In this document: one piece after another, positions 48,801 through 55,887 of the stretch | How positions within the stretch are numbered: the stretch's first letter is position 1 | Layout of the letters: each line of letters opens with the position of its first letter | NCBI GenBank assembly: GCA_000002435.2 | Contig: CM018793.1 | Source of the DNA: Giardia intestinalis | Taxonomy: Eukaryota | DNA length: 64,000 nucleotides | Direction: 5' to 3' (one strand) | Position numbers and translations under genes: made by a program | The notes under the pieces: generated by a model | Told to the model about the DNA's origin: nothing | What the model saw: only the letters and a program-made list of their open reading frames with translations | Databases searched by the model: none

Positions 48801-51800
48801 ATAAATGGTCGTATTTCATCATTGAAGTCTCTAGTAGCCGCTAACAAAACAAGATAATACAGTGACAGCTCGTAAGATGACGCGACCAGAAACATATTTG
48901 CCTGGAAAACGGGAACACACTTAGAATAGCGCGTGTGTAACATGAGAGTTTCTATACATAAAGACACGAGCATCTGCATCCATTGCGTCGGCTGCACCAT
49001 GGTTGTCGGAGGCAGTTGAGTCGCTGCATTGCTGTGCTTCACAACCGGTCCTGTGTGAAGAAACATGTCGTCGACACAAAGTGACAATTGTGTCGTTGCA
49101 GTTTGCCGCAAGAGAAGCTGCTGTCCTGCTGACTCAGACGCATTGGCCACAAGGTCTCTAGTTGCCGCAAGGAGCTCTTTATCCGCAGACAACACATCCA
49201 TAGACTTGATCGTTTGCGAGACAGATGCTCCAGAAGCGGGCGATACCAGTTTATAAAGCTCAAAAAGTCGGTCGGCTATCTCTATGCGGGCTAGCTGCAT
49301 GGCCCGCTTAAAGAGAAGAATGAGCCCAATGGTTATGTCTGCGACACATCTGCTGTACATTGCGGTGCTCACACGTCCAGTTCTATGGCTCTCAACCAAA
49401 AGACTAGCCGTTTCATATGCTGCATCATAAATCTGATGTACTAACTCTGTCGTCTTCGCACCCTCAGGACATATGCTCTGGCTCTCGTAAGGAAAGATGA
49501 CTGTATTAAACCGAGCATATTCAAGGTATGTCTTTGCCGAGCTCAACAGGATATCCACTGGCTCATTACAATTGTCTAGCGCTATATGTTTCGAGGCAAG
49601 CAAAAGGTAAAGATTCTCCAAAAGAGTAAAGACAGAGGTAACAGTTTTAGAGGCGTACAGCTCTGTGGGATAGGTGGAGTTGAATCCAATTGCATAAAGT
49701 GTGGCTGCGCCTAGATAGAGGAGATCATATAAAAGCGTAAACGTAAGAGGGAAAGAATCTTTGAAGGTAGATGTAATCATCGCAGCAGCCTCCGGAAGAG
49801 TGGTCACAGCTTCTACCACGGCTACCTTCTTGTCCCCCTTCTTTGCAACGGACGTACTTGGGGGCCTTTTAACCTCTTCAACTGGTGGGCCATCTACCAA
49901 CACCTGAGTGGTAGGAAGATTGATACATTGCTTGTTCATATCTAGAAATATAGTTAGGCACACTGAGTAAAGCTTTGTCTGGTCCCGGGCATGCTTGAGT
50001 AGGAGATAGGAAAAAGATCCTAAAGCCAAGTAGCAAGATATTTGCAGGGGTGGGTCATTAAGTAGGGGTTGAAGAGTGGGAATCAGTGAAGACAGGCTCG
50101 CTCCTGGGGTACAACCAGAGATAAGTGATTGCTTTTTATCGCCACCTTTATCGGACTTTTCAGGTACTGAGATGCTATCGAAGGCTATCGCATTGATCAC
50201 AATAGACTGAATGACACACATCACATCTGGATGATATGTGAGTGTGTCCCCTTTGATATCGTAACGATAAATAGGTCGTCCGGAGACAAGAGATAAACAT
50301 TGAATGGATTGCTTGTAGATCCTGCTAAAAGTAGAAATAAATGTGCCTAGAGTACCCACCAAAGCAGAAGGTCTATTTTTTCGCGGAAAGAAATCTGGAA
50401 ATAACTCCGTTGTATCAAGAGACAAAGTGATGAACGCGATAGGCAAGTGACAAAAAGAAATTATTGCAGCGCAATCGTCCTGCGATGGTAGCTTCTGTGA
50501 GCGAGGCGTTCTATGACAAGTTGACAAAGCAGCGACCAATAGTGACTCAGAAAAACTGTAGCTGTCGGGATATTGTACTATTCTAGCTGTATTACTTGCA
50601 CCAATTTGGCCAGATTGCTGAGCACCATCTTCAGGTACAGAGGCCGAAACATAAGGCTCAGAGAACAGGAGGACTGTGCAGGAGAGACCTGCCAATCTAG
50701 ACATGGTCATAAAAGAATTACATATGGTCAGATAGTCCTTTGTGAGGACAGCATAGTGATTAGAACTAGCCACATTTGCAGCTTCAGCGTTCGCTGGTTT
50801 TCGCGGAACACCGGTTAAGAGTTCGCAGTATGCTGAATAGTCCGGAGGCAGCTGGTCCTTATCTGAAATGTGGTCCTTCAAATACGCAAAACTACGCTGT
50901 AGAAAGTCAAATCTCTTCTGTACATGAGTAAGCAGTGATTCATATCTGGTATGAAACGATAGGATACCCTCACATAAGTTGTACGGCACGACGATCCTGT
51001 GAACTGAAAACGTTCCTAATATCGGTTGCAGGGCGTTACAGAGAACGTCAGAGAGATGCAGATATGTCCGGGCTATCTTTTGGAGCAGCTCTCTGTTAGA
51101 GGTAGCCAGGTTAAAACGTGAACAATCAAACTGGGATACAGGTGCATCCTTTCCTTTCGCCTTATCCGACGTCACTGCACCAACCATAGCGGGATATAGC
51201 TCAACACCAGACCCCCCTTGCCCCTCCACAAACAGAAGCAACTCATCATAGTGACCAAGAAAAATCCTGAGGAAACCAGAGATGCATGACAATATACAAG
51301 TGATTTCGTGGCATGCAGACTCCGATATGACCTTTCGTATGCTTGGGCTCCGGGGACGCTGTTGCATTTGTGCATCCGTATATTCCTTTGCAATCTTCCA
51401 CACTAGAGGGAGAACCCTTTCTATGGCTACACAGAGACATTCAATGAAAGATGCTGTCGCCAGAAATTGACTCATAGAGAGAGGAAGACAGGAAGTAGGG
51501 GGAATGTGATTGACCAAGATCGCTCTGTGAGCAAGCTCAATAGCAACGTGCAGAATATTAGTAGAAGTAGGATCTGGGTGCGCGATAAGCGACTGTGAAG
51601 TTGCAAACAAAAGAACGTTCAATATCGTAATTCTCATTGCTTTATAGTCAGCATTTAGAGCAGTGTTGGAGGTGTAAAAGAATGCTTCTCGCTCAAGATA
51701 AGGTTCTGGAGATACTAGGTCTATCTGATATGGTAGGGCAGCAGGAGTAGTGTCCTTCTTTGAAAGACTCGCAACTCCACCGTTCTTCACCTTCCCAACT

Positions 51801-52144
51801 GATGGACTTTGAGGTCTGGAATTAATATTATCTACTTTCGGTGGTGTGGGGTCCTTTCCAGTTATCGCATGGAGTATACCGAGCGCAGTATTCTCTATAA
51901 CCTCTGGGTCTGTGACAGTGACAATATTATAAACGTCTGACAGGTAGGCAGAAAGCTTGTAATTGAGTGCACGACCCATGGTACCATTCTCCCTTTCTGT
52001 CTTTAGCCAGGTCGAAAAATTCTCTGGTATATCTGTATATGGGACTGGTACACTCATGGGTTTTTTTAATGTGAGTGCTAAGATCTCAATAGCAAGGATG
52101 CCACATGTCATGCAGATCTGTTTGTTATACCTATCCTTAAACAT
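42845..52144 (-). CDS. Giant hypothetical alpha-helical (HEAT/ARM-like) protein (~3100 aa)
   Basis: 9.3-kb uninterrupted frame. The track start at 52201 is TTG, and the first in-frame ATG gives MFKDRYNKQ. The composition is Leu-rich and amphipathic-helical throughout, suggesting solenoid repeats, with an S/T/Q-rich linker around 48.3-48.5 kb. No P-loop AAA modules are present, so this is not a dynein or midasin. It converges on the 3417-aa gene with 14 bp between stops. Confidence 0.7.
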   Translation of the reverse strand: MFKDRYNKQICMTCGILAIEILALTLKKPMSVPVPYTDIPENFSTWLKTERENGTMGRALNYKLSAYLSDVYNIVTVTDPEVIENTALGILHAITGKDPTPPKVDNINSRPQSPSVGKVKNGGVASLSKKDTTPAALPYQIDLVSPEPYLEREAFFYTSNTALNADYKAMRITILNVLLFATSQSLIAHPDPTSTNILHVAIELAHRAILVNHIPPTSCLPLSMSQFLATASFIECLCVAIERVLPLVWKIAKEYTDAQMQQRPRSPSIRKVISESACHEITCILSCISGFLRIFLGHYDELLLFVEGQGGSGVELYPAMVGAVTSDKAKGKDAPVSQFDCSRFNLATSNRELLQKIARTYLHLSDVLCNALQPILGTFSVHRIVVPYNLCEGILSFHTRYESLLTHVQKRFDFLQRSFAYLKDHISDKDQLPPDYSAYCELLTGVPRKPANAEAANVASSNHYAVLTKDYLTICNSFMTMSRLAGLSCTVLLFSEPYVSASVPEDGAQQSGQIGASNTARIVQYPDSYSFSESLLVAALSTCHRTPRSQKLPSQDDCAAIISFCHLPIAFITLSLDTTELFPDFFPRKNRPSALVGTLGTFISTFSRIYKQSIQCLSLVSGRPIYRYDIKGDTLTYHPDVMCVIQSIVINAIAFDSISVPEKSDKGGDKKQSLISGCTPGASLSSLIPTLQPLLNDPPLQISCYLALGSFSYLLLKHARDQTKLYSVCLTIFLDMNKQCINLPTTQVLVDGPPVEEVKRPPSTSVAKKGDKKVAVVEAVTTLPEAAAMITSTFKDSFPLTFTLLYDLLYLGAATLYAIGFNSTYPTELYASKTVTSVFTLLENLYLLLASKHIALDNCNEPVDILLSSAKTYLEYARFNTVIFPYESQSICPEGAKTTELVHQIYDAAYETASLLVESHRTGRVSTAMYSRCVADITIGLILLFKRAMQLARIEIADRLFELYKLVSPASGASVSQTIKSMDVLSADKELLAATRDLVANASESAGQQLLLRQTATTQLSLCVDDMFLHTGPVVKHSNAATQLPPTTMVQPTQWMQMLVSLCIETLMLHTRYSKCVPVFQANMFLVASSYELSLYYLVLLAATRDFNDEIRPFIVSLNLPEVQLVKLLFAGIKLLLSLPEVRTNEYTRLSENILFLLETTSLRLEALSDTQIRGKFSLAFSALKYSVLIQLGLYLEEEHDADLLELISKESKPFFTEDSAPVVSQPTSRPASRTATATKQGSKQTKATDQHNADQTIVRPSINEDTVSLTLSYLVRKSKLTPPSDEDLQVMYLYHRLMTKQAISAGWQSTESMLNTNDPSTYTEQYLFELLKGLNTQVELGSTVLGEQELFQRLSTPISMVGPSHADTCVLVLSDYVEMVVLRQHTFLDNTSQLSSCSYGSIVVMYGVALVGTIRAYLATLTWYSLATAIVALQLVIAWLRDYETEQLWSLLAAQLDKFVISNNLFTDFEKFAIESSRCGSGSLILRHIQSKILVYAINSTLWGSISVGSYILNETPIGTEDLNVSLFEHALHKLCGGKASTNGEQAPLQPLQEELTSYITLCHAPRLLLEGIIEFFQSRVTAAQCTIYALDLLMDERTYRIALAHITERVSTELTKRSRSLESPLHSYVPHLSVDSENESHTSFYLSLPLMDIYLRLTTAVRLLARADMESFQAFLWRLLSHTKRFSSQQDNFRSKHLATVRSLKPCSPLLEERQLGEKRARFLSDYTAVGAGCYLFDSLVIQRVRTLQSTILECLHASNVVAVYGDHAYWRENQYAAHFFSEHDNLTSTSEKLVVEGGIPPDVLDAGAFIGTLSIQLLQAGALGTSMGYIFSDYTKYSLLFLRPSRVLLPTSGQLHNYHSSLIECIAFVEDALGHLSDHPVEQSRIARLSILIIAALLTAPHISLMEFLADTTLDKVHVSLAGMAGKRLELAALILLKLTGPSFVLGSPHLKECPLRRQLELLKAIILERLAFIVETIPEQIQDIVLGSKLVTNHVVARWLTETTSSFVFDPTSMSVVEYCRNPTSFCVHLPSLLFASNKALLASGFCKLDFTGLNLDEIPAYSSCNDSIKKKATSDLGSAINDAADFTVQLLRLFLTRGPFQQTQIGIIPFVDTIVARYGKEAPLFTEALPGLLADLNNVDKKSGAAVDKKGDSLPPAYGVHSLPQAIFALSTLTGLYRQGFKEFLRVTAQIGVCLLDEINIGEFISSRCTSTDDQERDVSLSVVYPPPNPLHYSIRLICIALLSSLDLHSAMNGHDESVQKYIDLLNGLAKADSSIPSFVQEILDSSSLRKDDAAVGSAEKGASTSQKKTQQSSNSDNTSSLIDLVFSTREFRLLMLFYDSLQTLLSISASYSHAPFVLEVLDHLICSRLSRAVTSPSLSDSCLYLTRASILTEVQSQMLSQIVYMQSQKFVGPTNLLSNIVWSSGAIIGHKLLIGAHTSSPIIVSASSAQDLQSLTLFDPHYDDLLRIHGEYVFTHKRPPTAPVQGSGKDSKGKTQQVAPSILLPDGSLDMSPDFLTISPDRAHIFAALFQDPVAAIITSLDARYLKLQHDLLTAIESALPGISEKSRIITTSASIGSDIYLQLNPMVKWTIICYIQKDVVTIRPIETSESSSFSDEVAKASLRYTDWYSCARRLMASYWNYVPAAVINQLQTVLSRMEAELDPDRETIILKNLFTYLKSIRKGMSRLYYKRKSARSRASSALGQSEVANTKVLNDTDSAPMESNSRTIRPLSSATSQRSAMSPKTIASAKLVSTAELYGFIPSHLKKASDLLHEIITSLCDNLRSALPQEITANCAFNEGSTSESADDKELHSLTLILSDYSMCCLPYAVLLNIVFSDLGRIRVIVPRLKDRETLIEPEILASECHKGNASIDVHDDLSFALSSGLNLAFADLIPFLRGVFNHGNPLTSVPYEIMQYLNEDSLAFICSFAAPRLLLKPSLVIAKPKTLAAVKKIAILHSEFEFSNMRSKRELLRSPSLQFIDSDFGVRLSLLSSGPRIIVMNEIPFSPTTIASITTLYLLDHLKQRIDESLKKNKPPTAQEKKPQGAKKPAAGAQETQVSVEPVDLTNMCTKLLRGCEETLLFNSVVTYASQ

Positions 52145-52215
52145 GTCTTCTTTGGAGTCATTTCCGCGGACTCCACCGAAAGGCTTGCCGTGAAAATTCA
52201 AAAATTTAGCGGCAA

Positions 52216-52518
52216 ATGATCCCTCTAATTTTGCCTTGCTCTAATCACCTGACAGAGCCTTTGCCCAAGAAAGACGTTTTCAGCTTTGACTTGGACAGCG
52301 AGCGACTCTTGAGTTTTGGATGCCACGACCAATGCAGTGAAGAGCGAGACAGTCCAGATCTTCAAATTCCGACGAGAATGCTTACTGTTGAGGATACGCG
52401 AGACTATAGCTTATCATACCCTGGAGCCGCGGAATACTTGGAGACTTCCGTATATGATTATGATTTACTCGTGACTTTGGCAACCGACAAATTTAGGAAT
52501 CTAGCGGATTGTCACTAA
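52216..52518 (+). CDS. Small acidic hypothetical protein (100 aa), doubtful
   Basis: True ATG with an A/T box (aaaaatttagcggcaaATG). It fills the otherwise unexplained 388-bp gap between the giant gene's start and the PFK 3' end. I saw no recognisable motif (not verifiable offline). It could instead be the 5'-UTR/promoter region of the divergent giant gene. Confidence 0.25.
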   Translation: MIPLILPCSNHLTEPLPKKDVFSFDLDSERLLSFGCHDQCSEERDSPDLQIPTRMLTVEDTRDYSLSYPGAAEYLETSVYDYDLLVTLATDKFRNLADCH

Positions 52519-52554
52519 TGCAAGCTCCAGGTCGTGACGCAGACCTTCGCAATC

Positions 52555-52561
52555 ATTCACT
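52555..52561 (-). promoter_or_regulatory. AGTGAAT poly(A)-like signal downstream of the PFK stop
   Basis: The reverse complement of attcact is AGTGAAT, about 28 nt 3' of the TAA (52589-52591). It matches the AGTRAAY consensus. Confidence 0.4.
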
Positions 52562-52588
52562 TGTTGCTCGATCGGCTGGCCTAAAGCC

Positions 52589-54223
52589 TTACTTTCGAGC
52601 CTCTTCGATCAGGGTTATCGTGGGGCGTGCACAGACAGCGGTCCCCTCTGCAGATTCTGTAGCAATTTGCTGGATTGGCCCTGGGTTTTGGTAATCATCA
52701 TTCATGAGCCAAGTGTCACGGTTTCTTGCTAATAGCTTGTACGGATTGCCATTCAGGTCGGTCATCTGCTTCATAATGACAGGGGTCTTGTGGCCGTGGC
52801 GCATCTCCATGTTCATAAGGCATGTAAGAGGAAGGCCAATAGGAGACCAATCGGCGGGAGGCCTGACAAGGTTGCGAAGAGAGGCCATGTAGCCTGTCTT
52901 TCCATTGCAACCCAAGATTGCTGCAACAGCCCCCAAGCTATAACAAAGGGAGCAGTCGAAGTCGGAGGGCGCAGCACACCTTCCCTCATAGCCAAAGAAG
53001 TGATAGAGCGGAGTAAACTTTGTCTTTGAACCGCGCTCCCTCAGCACTTGCTGCACCCCTGCCCCCAGAAACTTTTCCGTTTCAATCTGAGAGATTGCAA
53101 TGTTACCATGGGGGTCTCTATCAAGAAGCAACTGGGTGCGGATACTGGCGGGAATTGCCATGAAGGTCGTTCTCAGTGGATCTGGAAGCTTAGCCGCCAC
53201 GGCGTCCGCAGTGAGCTCTCCGGTCCAGTGAGGCAGAAGTGTGTTATTGAGGTATGCAAAGAGCTCGTTGTTCTCGGGAATGAACTCAATAAGTCCCTCT
53301 GGAACCAAGCAGACCCCATAGTTCTTGCCACTGTCAGCTCGCTTCGTAACACAATCAGCCAGATATTCAAACAGCTGGCGAGATGTCATTTTCTTACTTA
53401 GGATCTCTTCACCGACGAGGCAGATGTTTGCGTGTGTCTGCAGCCCGCACTCTAGCGTAATATGAGAGGCCGAACGGCCCATAAGCCTGATGAAGTGCCA
53501 ATACTTCTTAGCGCTAAGACAATCATAACATATGTTGCCTATGAGCTCTGCGTAGACTTTCGTAGAGCTATCAAACCCGAAGGAACATTCGATCCCCTTC
53601 GTGGAGTACAGGTCACGGTCGATTGTTTTGGGAACGCCGATTACAGCAGTCTTTAGACCACGCTTGAGAAAGTCCTCGGCGAGGAGGCATGCGTTAGTAT
53701 TGCTGTCGTCTCCCCCAATGATACAAATTATGTCAAGGTTATTGTCCTTTGCAGTTTTGGCGGCTGCATCAAAATCCTCAGGCTTAGCAATCTTGTCGCG
53801 GCCACTCCCGATAGCATGGAAGCCACCCATATTTCTGAAGGGCTCGAGGAACTTCTCCGTGAGCTCAACATACTTGTTAGTCATAAGGCCTTTTGGTCCG
53901 TTCTGGAACCCGAGGAGAACAGACTTGGGGGCGATCTGCTGCAACTTATCATAGAGACCACAGAGCACATTGTGACCACCGGGGGCTTGTCCTCCAGAGA
54001 AGATTACTCCAACCCTCTTTGGCTCAAGGAGCTTCGGTGCACCAGTGTCGGGCTGAATGTCAAGAAGGGGAAGATGCGTGGTCTTCGGGAAGAGCGCCGC
54101 TATATCCTGCTCGTCAGCGACAGGGTGCGTCTTCTCTTCTGTGTGGAGATGATAGCTTGCGCCCTGAATTGCACGAGGAAGCGCTGGCTTGAATTTCCTA
54201 CGGTAAACCTCGAAAGCAGACAT
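52589..54223 (-). CDS. PFP: Pyrophosphate--fructose-6-phosphate 1-phosphotransferase (PPi-dependent phosphofructokinase)
   Basis: 544 aa from the first ATG ([11 protein letters not shown]; the track start is GTG 5 codons upstream). It contains a PFK-A fold with GGDDS (the Gly-to-Asp substitution diagnostic for PPi- rather than ATP-dependence, vs GGDGS), [16 protein letters not shown], and the long N/C extensions typical of the ~60-kDa protist PPi-PFKs. An AGTGAAT poly(A)-like signal lies about 28 nt 3' of the TAA stop. Confidence 0.92.
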
Positions 54224-54319
54224 TTCAAATTGAGCCACACGCTAGCTAATTTTTGACCAGTTAATAAACAGGCAAGGTTTACAGGTGCCCGCAGTTCCAC
54301 CAATTCTATCTCAAACTCT

Positions 54320-54892
54320 TCATGTATGTCTCCATATAGCTGCTAGCAGTTCACGCCAGTCGTCTTGTGGATCTCCTGTAGCATAGACGACTCTTGATGC
54401 TTCGTTGGGAAGATCCTTAGCTAGTCTGGGGCTAAGCACAGTTCGCAGCAACTCTAATTCTTTTGAACGAGTGCTGACTACAATCTCGCATCCAATGGAA
54501 ACAATTTTAAGGAGTTTTAGAATATCATCTACAGTTTTATCCAGATCTACTGGACCTGCAATGTATACTACTAGCATTGTATGTGCTAAATAGACATTTG
54601 GGAGTGAATCAGCAATAGCCGAGTCTATATGACTTGGAGGTACGCACGCCACTCTGGCAATACAGTTTAAGAGGTGCACATACCCTGTGTTGACAAGGAG
54701 TGCAGTGTGTTGCTGATCATGAGCTGTGGTCATGTTTGTCAAAAGCCGGTAGACTGCGACTGAATCGCCATGTGCTCGTCCAAGGATAAGGATTGTGGGA
54801 ACAAAGCGTCGTTTCTTCACTGCTAGGCAAGAAACTACTAGAATCGTCAGAAGCAACGATTGCAAAAGAATTGTAACTATGGTTATGCCCAT
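54320..54892 (-). CDS. N-terminally membrane-anchored small GTPase-fold protein, divergent SRP-receptor beta (SR-beta)-like with a degenerate P-loop (putative)
   Basis: About 190 aa from the first ATG (MGITIVTILL; the track start is TTG). It has a TM helix (ITIVTILLQSLLLTILVVSCLAV) followed by KKRRF, then ILILGRAHGDSVAVYRLL (P-loop-like position but GxxxGDS rather than GxxxxGKS/T), VPPSH (cf. SR-beta DFPGH switch II) and STRSKE (cf. NKxD). The architecture matches SR-beta. The function call is an inference. Confidence 0.45.
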   Translation of the reverse strand: MGITIVTILLQSLLLTILVVSCLAVKKRRFVPTILILGRAHGDSVAVYRLLTNMTTAHDQQHTALLVNTGYVHLLNCIARVACVPPSHIDSAIADSLPNVYLAHTMLVVYIAGPVDLDKTVDDILKLLKIVSIGCEIVVSTRSKELELLRTVLSPRLAKDLPNEASRVVYATGDPQDDWRELLAAIWRHT

Positions 54893-54954
54893 ACTAATGG
54901 CCAATTATTCGATTTACTTTCATAAGCGGCAAGATTTATCCGTGAAAGAGCGCG

Positions 54955-55836
54955 TTACTTGAAGCAGTTGATAATTTCCATGAACGCCTTAGCAAACTTA
55001 GGGTCTCTCATGTGAACGGCAGCGGCGGCCGGATCCTTGGCGACTTCGTCAAGCTTCCGAGTAAACTCAGGGTCCTCCATGGCCTGAGCAGTAGTGTTAT
55101 TCGATAGCAACTTCTGAGCTGTGGAGGCGGAGAGGCTCTGTGCCTCTGATTTCAGATTGTCAAGAACACGAAATGCTTCTGGTAGGGGACCCCCCTTAGA
55201 CTTTGCAGTTTCGACCTCTGCATACACTCGGTCTGCAAATGATTGTTCCTTCTTCTCCTGTGCCTTGGCAGATGCCTTGTTTTGCTGTTCTTCGAAGAGA
55301 CGTTTTGCCTCTGCTTCCTCCCGCTTCTCTGCTTCGACCTTCGGATTCAAGCCTTTAATAAGCTCTGCAACGTCTTCGCTATAATCAAGGCTCTGTGCCT
55401 TCTGATAAGCTGCAAGCGCTTCTCCGTAATGGCAGAGATAAGTGTAGGCTTTGCCAAGAAGCCTAAAGGAGCCAACGTGGGTAGGGGAGCGCTCTGTAGC
55501 AGCTTTGAGATCCCGTATAGCAGCAGCAAGTTCACCTATGTCAAACAACACTTGTGCTCGGGACATAAGCATCAAGGCCGAACACGGGCAGAGATTAATA
55601 GCATCCGTGAGAAGGAGGATGGCTGTATTCAATTTTTCCGGGTAGGCATTCAATGCACGGGCTCGTAGTTGCATAGCCTCTTCGAAAGCATCGTCATCGT
55701 ATGATTTGAGAGGATCGCCTAGACTTAGGGCTCGGTAATCAATGAGCAGCTGTTCCGTCTCATTGGTTCCCAGGTCCATTTCCTCTAAGTCCGGTAGCTC
55801 AGAACAAGAACTACAGCTCGAAGGATCTTCTGCCAT
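54955..55836 (-). CDS. TPR-repeat co-chaperone with a C-terminal STI1/DP domain, Hsc70-interacting protein (Hip/ST13)-like or SGT-like
   Basis: 293 aa with a true ATG. The N-terminal region is acidic, followed by 3 TPR motifs (AMQLRARALNAYPEKLNTAILLLTDAINLCP...; AAAIRDLKAATERSP...LLGKAYTYLCHYGEALAAYQKAQSLD). Next comes a charged K/E linker (EAEKREEAEAKRLFEEQQNK), then a DP-repeat STI1 segment (AMEDPEFTRKLDEVAKDPAAAAVHMRDPKFAKAFMEII). Confidence 0.68.
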   Translation of the reverse strand: MAEDPSSCSSCSELPDLEEMDLGTNETEQLLIDYRALSLGDPLKSYDDDAFEEAMQLRARALNAYPEKLNTAILLLTDAINLCPCSALMLMSRAQVLFDIGELAAAIRDLKAATERSPTHVGSFRLLGKAYTYLCHYGEALAAYQKAQSLDYSEDVAELIKGLNPKVEAEKREEAEAKRLFEEQQNKASAKAQEKKEQSFADRVYAEVETAKSKGGPLPEAFRVLDNLKSEAQSLSASTAQKLLSNNTTAQAMEDPEFTRKLDEVAKDPAAAAVHMRDPKFAKAFMEIINCFK

Positions 55837-55887
55837 AGTGCGTTTTCACACCTACACAAACCTTAAAAAATAAAAGATTCAGTCAGA

